The notes beneath the pieces are model-generated. The model did not search any database, was not told the DNA's origin, and worked only from the letters and a program-made list of their open reading frames with translations. Shown one piece after another: positions 53,294 to 64,000 of a stretch of 64,000 bases of DNA. A program made the translations under genes and the position numbers. Source of the DNA: Octopus sinensis (taxonomy: Eukaryota); contig NC_043002.1 in assembly GCF_006345805.1 (NCBI RefSeq), positions 97,898,001 to 97,962,000 on the forward strand, in the 5' to 3' direction. Every line of letters begins with the position of its first letter. Positions within the stretch are counted from its first letter, which is position 1.

Positions 53294-54287
53294 TACTAGC
53301 AATTTTAATCGTCGTTCAGTCAGGGTAGATCAAAGATGTCTTTCACTCAAACGACGTCAAAAAATTTCGGGAGGGGGTTAGACGATTAACTTGACCCCAG
53401 TTCTTGGCTGCTTCATTATTTTATCAATAATTGAAGGATGAATGGTAAAGTTAACCATGGCAGGATTTGAACTCATAATGTAAATTACAAAAGAAATCTT
53501 ATCTGTTGATCTAATGATTCAATCATCCACCCCTTTTGCAATGCCAAAGTAAAAACCAACAAAATTAAAGCATAAAACATAATTTTTACAATCTCGGGCT
53601 ACAAATGCAGAAATTCTTCTTTAAGCTTTAAAACCTGCAGTTGTTTTACATTGTTTATAACGATTCAATATCGACAAAAGGTATCAGCACGCATCAGCAA
53701 ATACTTTGCTTGATAAATTCTGCAAGCAATCGTTCTTTAGATTAAAAATCCAGGAGTAACTTTGACTGAAGAGACACAAATTAGGTGGAAACACCGAAGT
53801 GTCAGAGTCCGTATAAGTCGCAGAATCGTGTTGTCAACAAGCATGATCTGACGGGAAAAATTGTTCTCCGAATGTTAAATACAGTAGCGATTAGCACATT
53901 AACGTTCAAATCATGCAGTACATTTTAGAAGTGAATATTTATCATTGTCTGAAAAATCTTCAGAATGTTCAGAAAAATATTCAGATATAATTATTTTATT
54001 TATCTATATTTTAAAAAGAATTCTATATGAGTATGCAAGTCTATAAAATAAATATCGTAAAGTTTATATAATTTTAGGATGTTATATACTAATATGATTA
54101 TTATATTTTCATGTCTTTAAAAAAGTTCTCAACACAAGCATATGTCCTCCATTGTTCAAATATTCACAAACTGACCAGCGCCTAAGAGTAAAATATAGTT
54201 GTGTGTGTGTGTGTATATATATATCAACTTACTTGGAAATGGATGTGTGGCGTTCAATTAAATAATAATAAATAATATATGTATACA

Positions 54288-54694
54288 TATATGGGTACAG
54301 GACATTACCATCTGTGTAAACAACATGAAATACGTAGACAAACGAGTTAAATACGTAAACTGCGTGTGAATAAGATGGAAAACAGGACAAGTAAACACAT
54401 AGAAACGACCCTTCATCAGTTGCCAGCTGTCTATCTACTACTCATTTCAAGCATTCAATGACAATATGAGTCTTCCAAGACAGTGGCTCCCATAAATTTT
54501 GAAATAAAATTTACGACTTATGGAGGGTCACATTTGGAAACAAAACCAGGACAATGGTGACATATAAAGAAACCGACGGTTTCCTTGTACGTCTCCACTG
54601 TTTTCCATTTTTTTCTCATGCTGTTTACGTATTTAACTCGTTTGTACACGTATTCATGTTGTTTACACAGTCGGTGACTTCTTGCACCCATATA
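54288..54694. mobile_element. ~400-bp element with ~100-bp terminal inverted repeats
   Basis: tatatgggtacagga...ctgtgtaaacaacatgaaatacgtagacaaacgagttaaatacgtaaac inverts to 54600-54694. Confidence 0.7.
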
Positions 54695-54760
54695 CACACA
54701 TAAATATATATACATACAAACACACACACACGCACACACAACACACACACACACACACAC

Positions 54761-54844
<84 letters not shown>

Positions 54845-54846
<2 letters not shown>

Positions 54847-55008
54847 GACGGTCTTCTTTCAGTTTCCGTCTAACAAGTACACTCACAAGGTTTTGGTCGG
54901 TCTGAGGCTATAGAAGAAAACACTTTCCGAAGTGCCACGCAGTGAGACTGAACCCAAAGCCATGTGGTTTGGCAGCAAGCTTCTTACCACACAGCCACGC
55001 CTGCGCCT
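54845..55008 (-). mobile_element. Family C SINE, 5' part
   Basis: tacgacggtcttctttcagtttccgtc...ccacacagccacgcctgcgcc. Confidence 0.75.
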
Positions 55009-55112
55009 ATATGCATCTATATGTGTATATCAATTAATGTGTGTGTATGTATATAATAATGTGTATTATATATATATATATATAATATATATAAGATATA
55101 TATATATATATA

Positions 55113-55289
55113 TAAAACATTATTGGTGAATTGAAGAAATGGAGCTGAACGCAGATTGAACAGAAATCGTTTTATTTCATTCTACACGTGTTTCGAAAGG
55201 CACGTTCGAAACACGTGTAGAATGAAATAAAACGATTTCTGTTCAATCTGCGTTCAGCTCCATTTCTTCAATTCACCAATAATGTTTTA
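55113..55289. repeat. Perfect 85-bp inverted repeat with 7-nt spacer
   Basis: 55113-55197 is the exact reverse complement of 55205-55289; spacer aggcacg. Confidence 0.97.
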
Positions 55290-55433
55290 ATTTCAATTAT
55301 CCGCACCCACGCACGGTTGCAACGCCAGATGGTTGTACCTCCAACCGTGCTGTTTACTGCTGTGATTTTTGCTACTAAGGATCGGTTAACTTTTGATTAA
55401 TCTACAACAAGATTATTCATCTTTCTATTTCAC

Positions 55434-55472
<39 letters not shown>

Positions 55473-55696
55473 CATATATAACGTAATTCTTGTATTGTCC
55501 TTTGTGAACTCTGATGATTTTCGATCCAAGCTAGTTTAAAGTGCAAAATTATTACATTCATATTATATGTTTGGTAGTTTGAATTTTGTCTGATATATGA
55601 AACAATTCCAGGTGACTACGCTAATTAATAAATAAATAAATTTGTATCCATGAGATCTCTGTTTTCAAACTCTCTCTCTCTCTCCCTCTCTCTCTC

Positions 55697-55735
<39 letters not shown>

Positions 55736-56018
55736 CATATATTCAGCATGATTCAAATGTCTCCATATATCAACAACAACAGGTATCACCATATGTGCTA
55801 TTATGAGTTCACAATGAGTGGGATAAACGGATTGCAATGTGCATTCAGAACAATGGTAACCATATAGACCCTGTTGAATAAAAAAATTGTTCTTATAAAA
55901 ATAATAAATTGTTCCTATGTATGGCGACATTTGAATCAACCTGTATATATATACATATATATTTATATACATATGTACATATAAAATATATATATACATA
56001 TATACGTATACATATATA

Positions 56019-56189
56019 GGCGCAGGAGTGGCTGTGTGGTAAGTAGCTTGCTTACCAACCACATGGTTCCGGGTTCAGTCCCACTGCGTGGCATCTTGGG
56101 CAAGTGTCTTCTGCTATAGCCCCGGACCGACCAATGCCTTGTGAGTGGATTTGGTAGACGGAAACTGAAAGAAGCCTGTCGTATATATG

Positions 56190-56232
<43 letters not shown>

Positions 56233-56452
56233 ATGTGTTTGTGTGTATGTGTTTGTGTGTCTGTGTTTCTCCCCCTAGCGTTGCATGACAACCGATGCTG
56301 GTGTGTTTACGTCCCCGTCACTTAGCGGTTCGGCAAAAGAGACCGATAGAATAAGTACTGAGCTTACAAAGAATAAGTCCCGGGGTCGATTTGCTCGACT
56401 AAAGGCGTTGCTCCAGCATGGCCGCAGTCAAATGACTGAAACAAGTAAAAGA
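56019..56452 (+). mobile_element. Family C SINE, full length
   Basis: ggcgcaggagtggctgtgtgg ... ctccagcatggccgcagtcaaatgactgaaacaagtaaaagag. Confidence 0.9.
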
Positions 56453-57344
56453 GAAAGAGAGAGAAAGATATATATATATATTATTTATATTATTATTATA
56501 TATACATACATGCATGTATGAAAAATGAATAGAAATAACTTTTCTGATCATTTTTCCACTTTAACAATTATTAACATCTAATTATTAAGTGGAAAAATTA
56601 TCAGTTACAGGAATGTAAACACACTAACACCGTTCGTCAAGCGATAGTGTGGCGGAGAAATACACACAGAAATACACATACACACATACTTATATATAAT
56701 ATATAGTATATAATACTGTAGTAGTTTCTATTTCTTACTCTATTATATATATATATATATTCTCATATATGTGTGTCTGTTTATTGGTTGAAACTAGTCT
56801 CGGCCCTTTATGACAAAATCAGTAATGCAGTTATGGATAAAATAATGACTACACTCAAAATTAATTATGATTGATTAAAACTCTTAAAAGTGGTGTTCCA
56901 TCATGAACTCGATCCAATGATTACAGCAAGTAAAATGAAATGTGTAAGTTATTTTCTTAAAGAGATATTAAAATCATACCCATATTTTATACAAGAGGGA
57001 TAAGACACGCACACAATTACACACTCGGGCTTATACATAATACTATAATGTCATGAGAAGTAATCTGTGATGTGATTGAATAACACCTTTTAATGGAGAG
57101 ACCGATCCACGCTTTCTGGCACTCGTAACGTATAAAAAGGTTTATGTATATTTACAGGATGTTTGAACGTCATAATATATTCACCAACGTCATTAGTATT
57201 CGACATTGACTGGCGTCAGCAACATCAGTTTGTTCGTGGTTGAAGTAAACTATCAAAGCTGAAATATATATGAAATACATAAATAGACAATTTATATTTC
57301 AGGTAGTATTTCTGTTTATACCGACATATAATATATGTTTATAA

Positions 57345-57384
<40 letters not shown>

Positions 57385-57513
57385 TGTATATACCTCGTTT
57401 AGAGAATTATTATTGCTGTCGAACAGATTTTCTACATCAGTAAATGTATTTACTGTGAAAATCTTTATATAGATAGCCTGCACAGAGATCGTTCGTCGAG
57501 GGGCGGTGCCTAC

Positions 57514-57556
57514 CATACGTTGACGAGAGGCAAACACCTGAAACTGGGTCCGTATG
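57514..57556 (+). ncRNA. Type I hammerhead, unit 1
   Basis: Stem I catacg/cgtatg, core TTGACGA, stem II (g)agg-caaaca-cct, GAAA, stem III AC-TGG-GT, GUC cleavage after 57550. Stem I extends as a long imperfect helix spanning 57474-57598. Confidence 0.8.
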
Positions 57557-57868
57557 TGGCATCCGCTTCTTCGGGGAATGATCTCCCTTTGCAGGCTAGA
57601 GGACGCCGTGATGGCGTCAGCCCTCTGGTGACGTTGATGATCGCCTGGGGCTAAATGCATCAGTAACACCCCCACCGCCCTGCCCTGTCCCTAGCCATAC
57701 TCGGATGGCTAACGTCCCTTATGTTATGGAGCAGTTACTGTACATACCTCGTTTAGAGAATTATTATTGCTGTCGAACAGATTTTCTACATCAGTAAATG
57801 TATTTACTGCGAAAATCTTTATATAGATAGCCTGCACAGAGAGTCGTTCGTCGAGGGGCGGTGCCTAC

Positions 57869-57913
57869 CATACGTTGACGAGAGGCAAACACCTTGAAAC
57901 CTGGGTCCGTATG
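57869..57913 (+). ncRNA. Type I hammerhead, unit 2
   Basis: Stem I catacg/cgtatg, core TTGACGA, stem II gagg-caaaca-cctt, GAAA, stem III ACC-TG-GGT, GUC cleavage after 57907. Confidence 0.82.
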
Positions 57914-58128
57914 TGGCATCCGCTTCTTCGGGGAATGATCTCCCTTTGCAGGCTAGAGGACGCCGTGGTGGCGTCAGCCCTCCTGGTGACGTTGATGATC
58001 GCCTGGGGCTAAATGCATCAGTAACACCCCCACCGCCCTGCCCTGTCCCTAGCCATACTCGGATGGCTAACGTCCCTTATGTTATGGAGCAGTTACTGTA
58101 TATACCTCGTTTAGAGAATTATTATTGC

Positions 58129-58165
<37 letters not shown>

Positions 58166-58177
58166 CGAGAGATAGAG

Positions 58178-58245
<68 letters not shown>

Positions 58246-58278
58246 CGATCGATATATAGATATACATACATACATACT

Positions 58279-58620
58279 GTGGAGACGCACTGGCCCAGTG
58301 GTTAGGGCAGCGGTCCCGTCGATCGTAGGATCGTAGTTTCGATTCCCAGACCGGGCGTTGTGAGTGTTTATTAAGTAAAAACACCTAAAGCTTCATGAGG
58401 CTCCGGGAGGGGGTGGTGGCGAACCCTGCTGTACTCTTTCACCACAATGTTCACTCTTTCTTCCTATTTCTGTTGTACTTGTATTTCAAAGAGTTAAATC
58501 TCCCTCAGAACTACGTTAAGGGTACACGTGTCTCTGGAGTGCTCAGCACGTTAATTTCACCAGCAGGCTTTTCCGTTGATTGGATCAACTGGAACCTTCA
58601 TCGTCGTAACCGACGGAGAG
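58279..58620 (+). mobile_element. Family A-related SINE
   Basis: gacgcactggcccagtggttagggc...gtttcgattccc...gaactacgttaagggtacacgtgtct...cgtcgtaaccgacgg. Confidence 0.75.
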
Positions 58621-59045
58621 CCACGACATACATACTAATGCACACATATTCACACATACATACGCGCGCGCGTACACACACACACACACACACATTGAAG
58701 AGACTCCTTGGGTAAGGCCGATACCATGAGATAAAAAGTAAACAGCAAAATGTACTTATATTTGTATGCGCAGGCACATATGTGCATACATAATATTTAG
58801 TATATAATACATGCATATTTATATATAGAGAATCTTCACTCTCTCTCCAAACTGCAAGACTTTCATAAGGGCGTCTTGTCACCAAGGATCACTCGTGGGG
58901 ACAGGACGTCCTTATCAAAACTAATATTCGCCTGTACACACCCATTTCACACACATAATACTTCTATCATGCAATTCGCGTTTACAATACGCTTAATTCC
59001 ATTATTTTGATCTACGTAGTGTTGCTCCAGCTCTATACGTATACT

Positions 59046-59273
59046 GGCGAGCTGGCAGAAACGTTAGCACGCCGGGCGAAATGCTTAGCAGTATTTCGTC
59101 TCTCGCTACGTTCTGAGTTCAAATTCCGCCGAGGTCGACTTTGCCTTTCATCCTTTCGGAGTCGATAAATAAAGTATCAGTTACGCACTGGGGTCGATGT
59201 AATCTACTTAACCCCTTTTTCTGTCCTTGTTTGTCCCCTCTATGTTTAGCCCCTTGTGGGCAATAAAGAAATA
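59046..59273 (+). mobile_element. Family B SINE, full length, 12-bp TSD
   Basis: TSD tatacgtatact at 59034-59045 and 59274-59285. Confidence 0.92.
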
Positions 59274-60162
59274 TATACGTATACTTGAAAACAATTACTC
59301 TATTATTATTGTATATATAAACGTAAATATATAACTATATAGATATAAAACATTAATTTCGTCAACATGTCACCAGTTAGCAAAGCATACAACACAAAAC
59401 CGATGATTGCTTCCTTTTTACCCTACCCACTTAACGTTTTTCTTTTTGTTTGTTGTGCCTTCTGTTACCATACAAAATCTCGATTAATAATACTTCGTTT
59501 TCACTCAGCCTAACAAAAATAGCTAAACTGTCAGTATTATTCAAAGATAGAATGACTGCGAATTTTATTTGCATGAAACCATTTTCTTGTTCTCCTGGAC
59601 AAAAGGTAGGGTGACTGCTGGGCTTATGATACCTATTAAAGCAGGAACGCGTGAAATCAATTGTTCTCGTGTCTCCAGTCTATCAAGCTGTATTCTTCTT
59701 AAAGGCTTTCCAAGTTTGGAGATCTCTTGATTCTTGATATTATCTCCCCATCTCATTTAGAGCTAGTCTCATTAGCTACCAATCTATTTTATTTTCTCTG
59801 GAGAGGCAGATAATTTCGATAAACAAAGATTAATCATCTATGGCATTTGATATAGCCTTGTTTGTCGTTGTTCTCCAAATACGTGATACTATTCACTTTG
59901 AGTTCTTTCTCTTCGCCTTTTCGATATATATAGATTCAGTTGAAGTAGGTCCTTAAATTGAGGCACCTTGTTAGGGCGAACTTATTTGCACACTCAAATA
60001 ATAGTAGGTGAGTATCAAACTCTATGTAGAATTTTGTTTCCACCCGATATTCGTGCAGTAGATGGCACGATCCATCTTAGTGAATAAATCCGCTCTTGTT
60101 TGTTCAGATATGTACTTTATATAAAGATACTTTCCAAATACTTCCGAAGTGCAGATTCCTGG

Positions 60163-62268
60163 GTAGATGAGGAAAACATAAATGAGTAACTAAGATGTGT
60201 AAGTATCAATTCCTTACGCCGTTTCGTGTGACTCCTTTAAAGGATCAATGAAAGCATTATATCATTTCAGAAAAAAACCGTTCTCATCGAATGACCGTAT
60301 AGACCTCAAGCATAACGGACAAGTTAGATATTTAAACATATTCATATCATCAATAGGGAGCAAATATTTACAATGATTCCGCTGCTAAATGTTTTGGCAG
60401 AATTAAAAAAGGACAGTACAAGCCAGAAATTAGTATAGGCTAGAGTAGGGGAAGAAGGATGAATGAGAGTAATGATACTGTTATCTACACATCGAAGACA
60501 ATAGGGAGAATGTAGTTTTCAAAACCTCAAAATTAAATCTTTAGGGAGTTATAAATTAATTCGTATCATGGCAGACCGTTCTACAATCTGAGAAAATGGA
60601 ACTTTACATGCGGCTATATCAACCCCAGAAGGGTCGGTCATGGGGTGGTAAACGAGAATGTCTGATGGGGCAGTCGTGATAATAGAAAGCAAAGGGGGGA
60701 TAGGGATGGCTAATAAAGCTTATTTTGATTGTCATCTTAAAGGGGAAGAAAAATTGAACTGTTAAAAGGAATACCACCTAAAGGATTATGGGCGAGATAT
60801 ACATTGAAGGACAAAGTTTTAACTTTAGTTTGCTTATACCGTTAAAGTAAAATGTAAATATATAAAGGCTAGAAAGGAATTTTTGATATTACTTAAGTAA
60901 GGGGATAACGTATAATTTAATATATGATAATATAAGTTTGCAGCATATAACGAATTTTATGAAAAAAATTAAAAATTATAAATAGCCACAAAATTTTTAT
61001 GCTATAAAAGTTTTAAAAATATAAGGAAATGGAAAAATAGAAATTAAAATATAACCAAATATAAATATAAAATACAATATAAGAAAATTATAAGGATATA
61101 TATATATATATACACACACATAAATCCATGAAGATATAATTTTAGGTTTACAGTACACCGTGAGATATATTAAGAATATTTTAACTGTCAAAGTATTAAT
61201 AACCATACATAAATTATGAAAAATATATGCAGAGCATATAAAATCTTAAGATATAAGGATATGAGATATAAAATTTATAAAATATGCTAGTAAATATAAG
61301 AAAATATCTGAGAGAAGATTTATAATAAAAGCTATATTAAAAAATTATAAAAAATATACTAAAAATGTTTTTTTTTATTTTTATAAAACTAAGCCAATAA
61401 AAGATGCTATATTAAGATATATAAAATTAAAATAAGTTAATATAAAATGAAAATAAAGAATATATTATAACGAAATTGTTATATAAACAGTTATAATCAG
61501 AATATTAACTAATTATTATTGATACGGTATAAGTATACCGGATTATGCTAGAGATAAAATAGAATTAAAATTATTATTAGAGAATAATTATTATTAGAGA
61601 ATATTTTAAAAATATAACGAAGAATAAGGATTGAGGTATGGTAGTAAAACATTATACAAGGTATATTGTATAACTAGGGGAGATTTGAAAATTAGAGAGT
61701 CGTTAGGGAAAATAGGATATTAACCAAAATAAGCTTTATTAAACATCCCTATCCCCTCTTTGCTTTATATTATCACGACTGCCCCATCAGACCTACCCTT
61801 TCGATGCTGATATAGTCGCATTTAAAGTTCCATTTTCTCAGATAGTAGAACGGTCTGTCATGATACTAATTAATTTATAACTCCCTAACGATCTAATTTT
61901 GATGTTTCGAAGACTAAATTCATTCTATTGTTTTCGATATGTAGATAACGGGGTCACTACTCTCATTCACCACACACCACCCCATTCCAAATCTAGCCTA
62001 TGCTCATTTCTGGCTTGTCTGTCGCTGTATAGTCCTTTTTTAATTCTGCTAAAACATTTAGCAGCGGAATCATTGTAAATATCTGGTCCCTTTTGATGAT
62101 TTGAATATGTTTAAATATCTAATTCGTCCGTTATGCTTCAGGTCTATGCGGTTATCTGATGAGAACGGTTTTCTTTGTAATGATGTAATGCTTTCATTGA
62201 TCATTTAAAGGAGTCGCTCGAAACGGCCGTAATGAATTGACACTTATACATCTTTGCTACTCATCTAC
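60163..62268. repeat. Long inverted repeat: ~550-bp arms around a ~1-kb A-rich spacer
   Basis: 60163-60727 aligns to the reverse complement of 61725-62268 at roughly 80% identity by eye. Confidence 0.88.
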
Positions 62269-62439
62269 ACATATATATATCTACAGAGAGAGAGAGAGAG
62301 ATGGATGGATGGATGGATGGATGGATGGTTAGATCGTTAGATAGATAGATAGATAGACAGATAAGATAGATAGATAGATCGCACACATGTACTTATATAA
62401 TGGTTTTGTGTTCATTTAAGTTTGTATCTGTCCCCTATC

Positions 62440-62635
62440 ACTATTTGACAACCTGCGCTGGTTTGTTTGCATCCAATATTCTAGCAGTTCAGCAAGAAAG
62501 ACCGAGAGAATATGTACGAGTACTTAGAAAAAAAGAAGTACAGGAATCGATTTGTTTGATTAAAGATCCTTCAAGGCAGTACCTCAGCATCACCGCAATC
62601 CAGTAGCTGAACCAAGTAAACGGATAAAAAGATAA
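62440..62635 (+). mobile_element. Diverged family C SINE, 3' part
   Basis: gtcccctatcactatttgacaacctgcgctggtttgtttgc...gagaccgagagaatatgtac...gaaccaagtaaa. Confidence 0.55.
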
Positions 62636-62678
62636 AAGGATGTATATACATATACATATGTATATATGTGTTTATATA

Positions 62679-62918
62679 TTGGGTTGGTGCATAATTATTG
62701 CGCCTTTCTTTCAACAAATTTTATTCAACAAAAACAATAACAATATTTAACAAAAACATCTTTAAATGACGGTTTGACCGTCTGCTAAGCAATTGGGAAG
62801 CAGTAATTGAAATATGCTCCGGAATAATCATTTAAAGATGTTTTTGTTACATGTTATTATTGCTTATGTTGAATAAAATTTGTTGAAAACAGCCGCAAAT
62901 AATTATGCACCAACCCAA
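62679..62918. mobile_element. Mariner-type palindromic MITE (240 bp)
   Basis: TIR ttgggttggtgcataattatt(t)gcg; arms continue as imperfect inverted repeats for ~95 bp; sits in TA-rich flanks. Confidence 0.85.
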
Positions 62919-62983
62919 AATATATATATACATATGTGTATACATATACATATATACATACACATTCATACATATATACATAT

Positions 62984-63064
<81 letters not shown>

Positions 63065-63073
63065 TTATATATA

Positions 63074-63465
63074 CTCTTTTACTTGTGTCAGTCTTGTGAC
63101 TGTGGCCATGCTGGAGCACCGCCTCTAGTCGAGAAAATCGACACCTGGACTTATTCTTTGGAAGCCTAGTACTTATTCTATCGGGCTCTTTTGCCGAACC
63201 GCTAAGTTACGGGGACGTAAACACACTAGCATCGGTTGTCAAGCGAGCGATGTTGGGGGTGGGGACAAACACATACACACATAGATACATACACATATAT
63301 ACGACGGGCTTCTTTCAGTTTCCGTCTACCAAATCCAGTCACAAGGCTCTGGTCGGCCCGAGACTATAGTAGAAGACACTTGCCCAAGGTGCCACGCAGT
63401 GGAACTGAACCCGGAATCACGTGGTTGGTAAGCAAGCTACGTGCCACACAGCCACACCTACGTGT
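63074..63465 (-). mobile_element. Family C SINE (copy 1 of a tandem duplicate)
   Basis: Full-length minus-strand copy. Confidence 0.88.
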
Positions 63466-63535
63466 ATATGTACATATGTGTATATATATATATGTATGTA
63501 TTAATATATATATATATATTATATATTTATATATA

Positions 63536-63925
63536 CTCTTTTACTTGTGTCAGTCTTGTGACTGTGGCCATGCTGGAGCACCGCCTCTAGTCGAGAAAAT
63601 CGACACCTGGACTTATTCTTTGGAAGCCTAGTACTTATTCTATCGGGCTCTTTTGCCGAACCGCTAAGTTACGGGGACGTAAACACACTAGCATCGGTTG
63701 TCAAGCGATGTTGGGGGTGGGGACAAACACATACACACATAGATACATACACATATATACGACGGGCTTCTTTCAGTTTCCGTCTACCAAATCCAGTCAC
63801 AAGGCTCTGGTCGGCCCGAGACTATAGTAGAAGACACTTGCCCAAGGTGCCACGCAGTGGAACTGAACCCGGAATCACGTGGTTGGTAAGCAAGCTACGT
63901 GCCACACAGCCACACCTACGTGTAT
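63536..63925 (-). mobile_element. Family C SINE (copy 2 of a tandem duplicate)
   Basis: Identical to 63074-63465 by eye except a 4-nt gcga indel. Confidence 0.88.
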
Positions 63926-63965
63926 ATATGTACATATGTGATTATATATATGTATGTATAATATA

Positions 63966-64000
<35 letters not shown>

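Larger units (their letters stand above)
57383..58129 (+). mobile_element. Putative retrozyme: 2.1 head-to-tail copies of a ~355-nt structured unit, each with a type I hammerhead
   Basis: Units 57383-57736 (354 nt), 57737-58094 (358 nt) and partial 58095-58129. Non-coding, many hairpins, (TA)n on both sides. Confidence 0.82.

Noticed and set aside
53758-53810. Hammerhead-like string ctgaaga...gaaac-ac-cgaa-gt-gtc
   Set aside because: Stem II does not close at 10.1-11.1, and the best stem I pairing consumes the cleavage triplet. Probably chance.
57383-58129. CRISPR array, satellite or protein-coding reading (ORFs 57316-57675 and 57913-58149)
   Set aside because: No repeat-spacer structure, only 2.1 units, the ORFs are not conserved in frame between units and run into microsatellite, and the RNA structure explains the sequence better.
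60728-61724. Possible mitochondrial insertion (NUMT)
   Set aside because: AT-rich, but I recognised no mitochondrial rRNA, tRNA or protein motif; left unassigned.

Overview
This is eukaryotic, AT-rich DNA saturated with microsatellites. The SINE families and repeat content suggest a cephalopod (octopus-like) genome; this is an inference. I found no recognisable host protein-coding gene, only a few weak candidate exons, and most ORFs in the track are translated (TA)n/(CA)n/(AAT)n repeats. Main contents: (1) a cluster of L1/Tx1-type non-LTR retrotransposons at 2.5-9.8 kb, where an ORF1-only element and a full-length ORF1+ORF2 element sit head-to-tail at the same nucleotide inside an older ORF1 relic, with a third decayed copy at 21.4-25.0 kb on the minus strand; (2) three tRNA-derived SINE families in many copies, one sharing its 3' tail with the Tx1-like LINEs; (3) internally deleted Tc1/mariner elements and MITEs; (4) a high density of type I hammerhead ribozyme (HHR) motifs. 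The best find is a GC-rich, highly structured ~355-nt unit repeated 2.1 times head-to-tail at 57,383-58,129, with one HHR per unit, which looks like a retrozyme (a circRNA-producing non-autonomous retroelement). Further minimal or tandem HHRs of Penelope-like type lie at 29.1, 35.7, 46.9-50.8 and 48.4-48.6 kb, and several inverted repeats break inside HHR stem II. A ~2.1-kb long-inverted-repeat structure lies at 60.2-62.3 kb, and there is a 100-N gap at 44,821-44,920. All alignments and RNA folds were done by eye.
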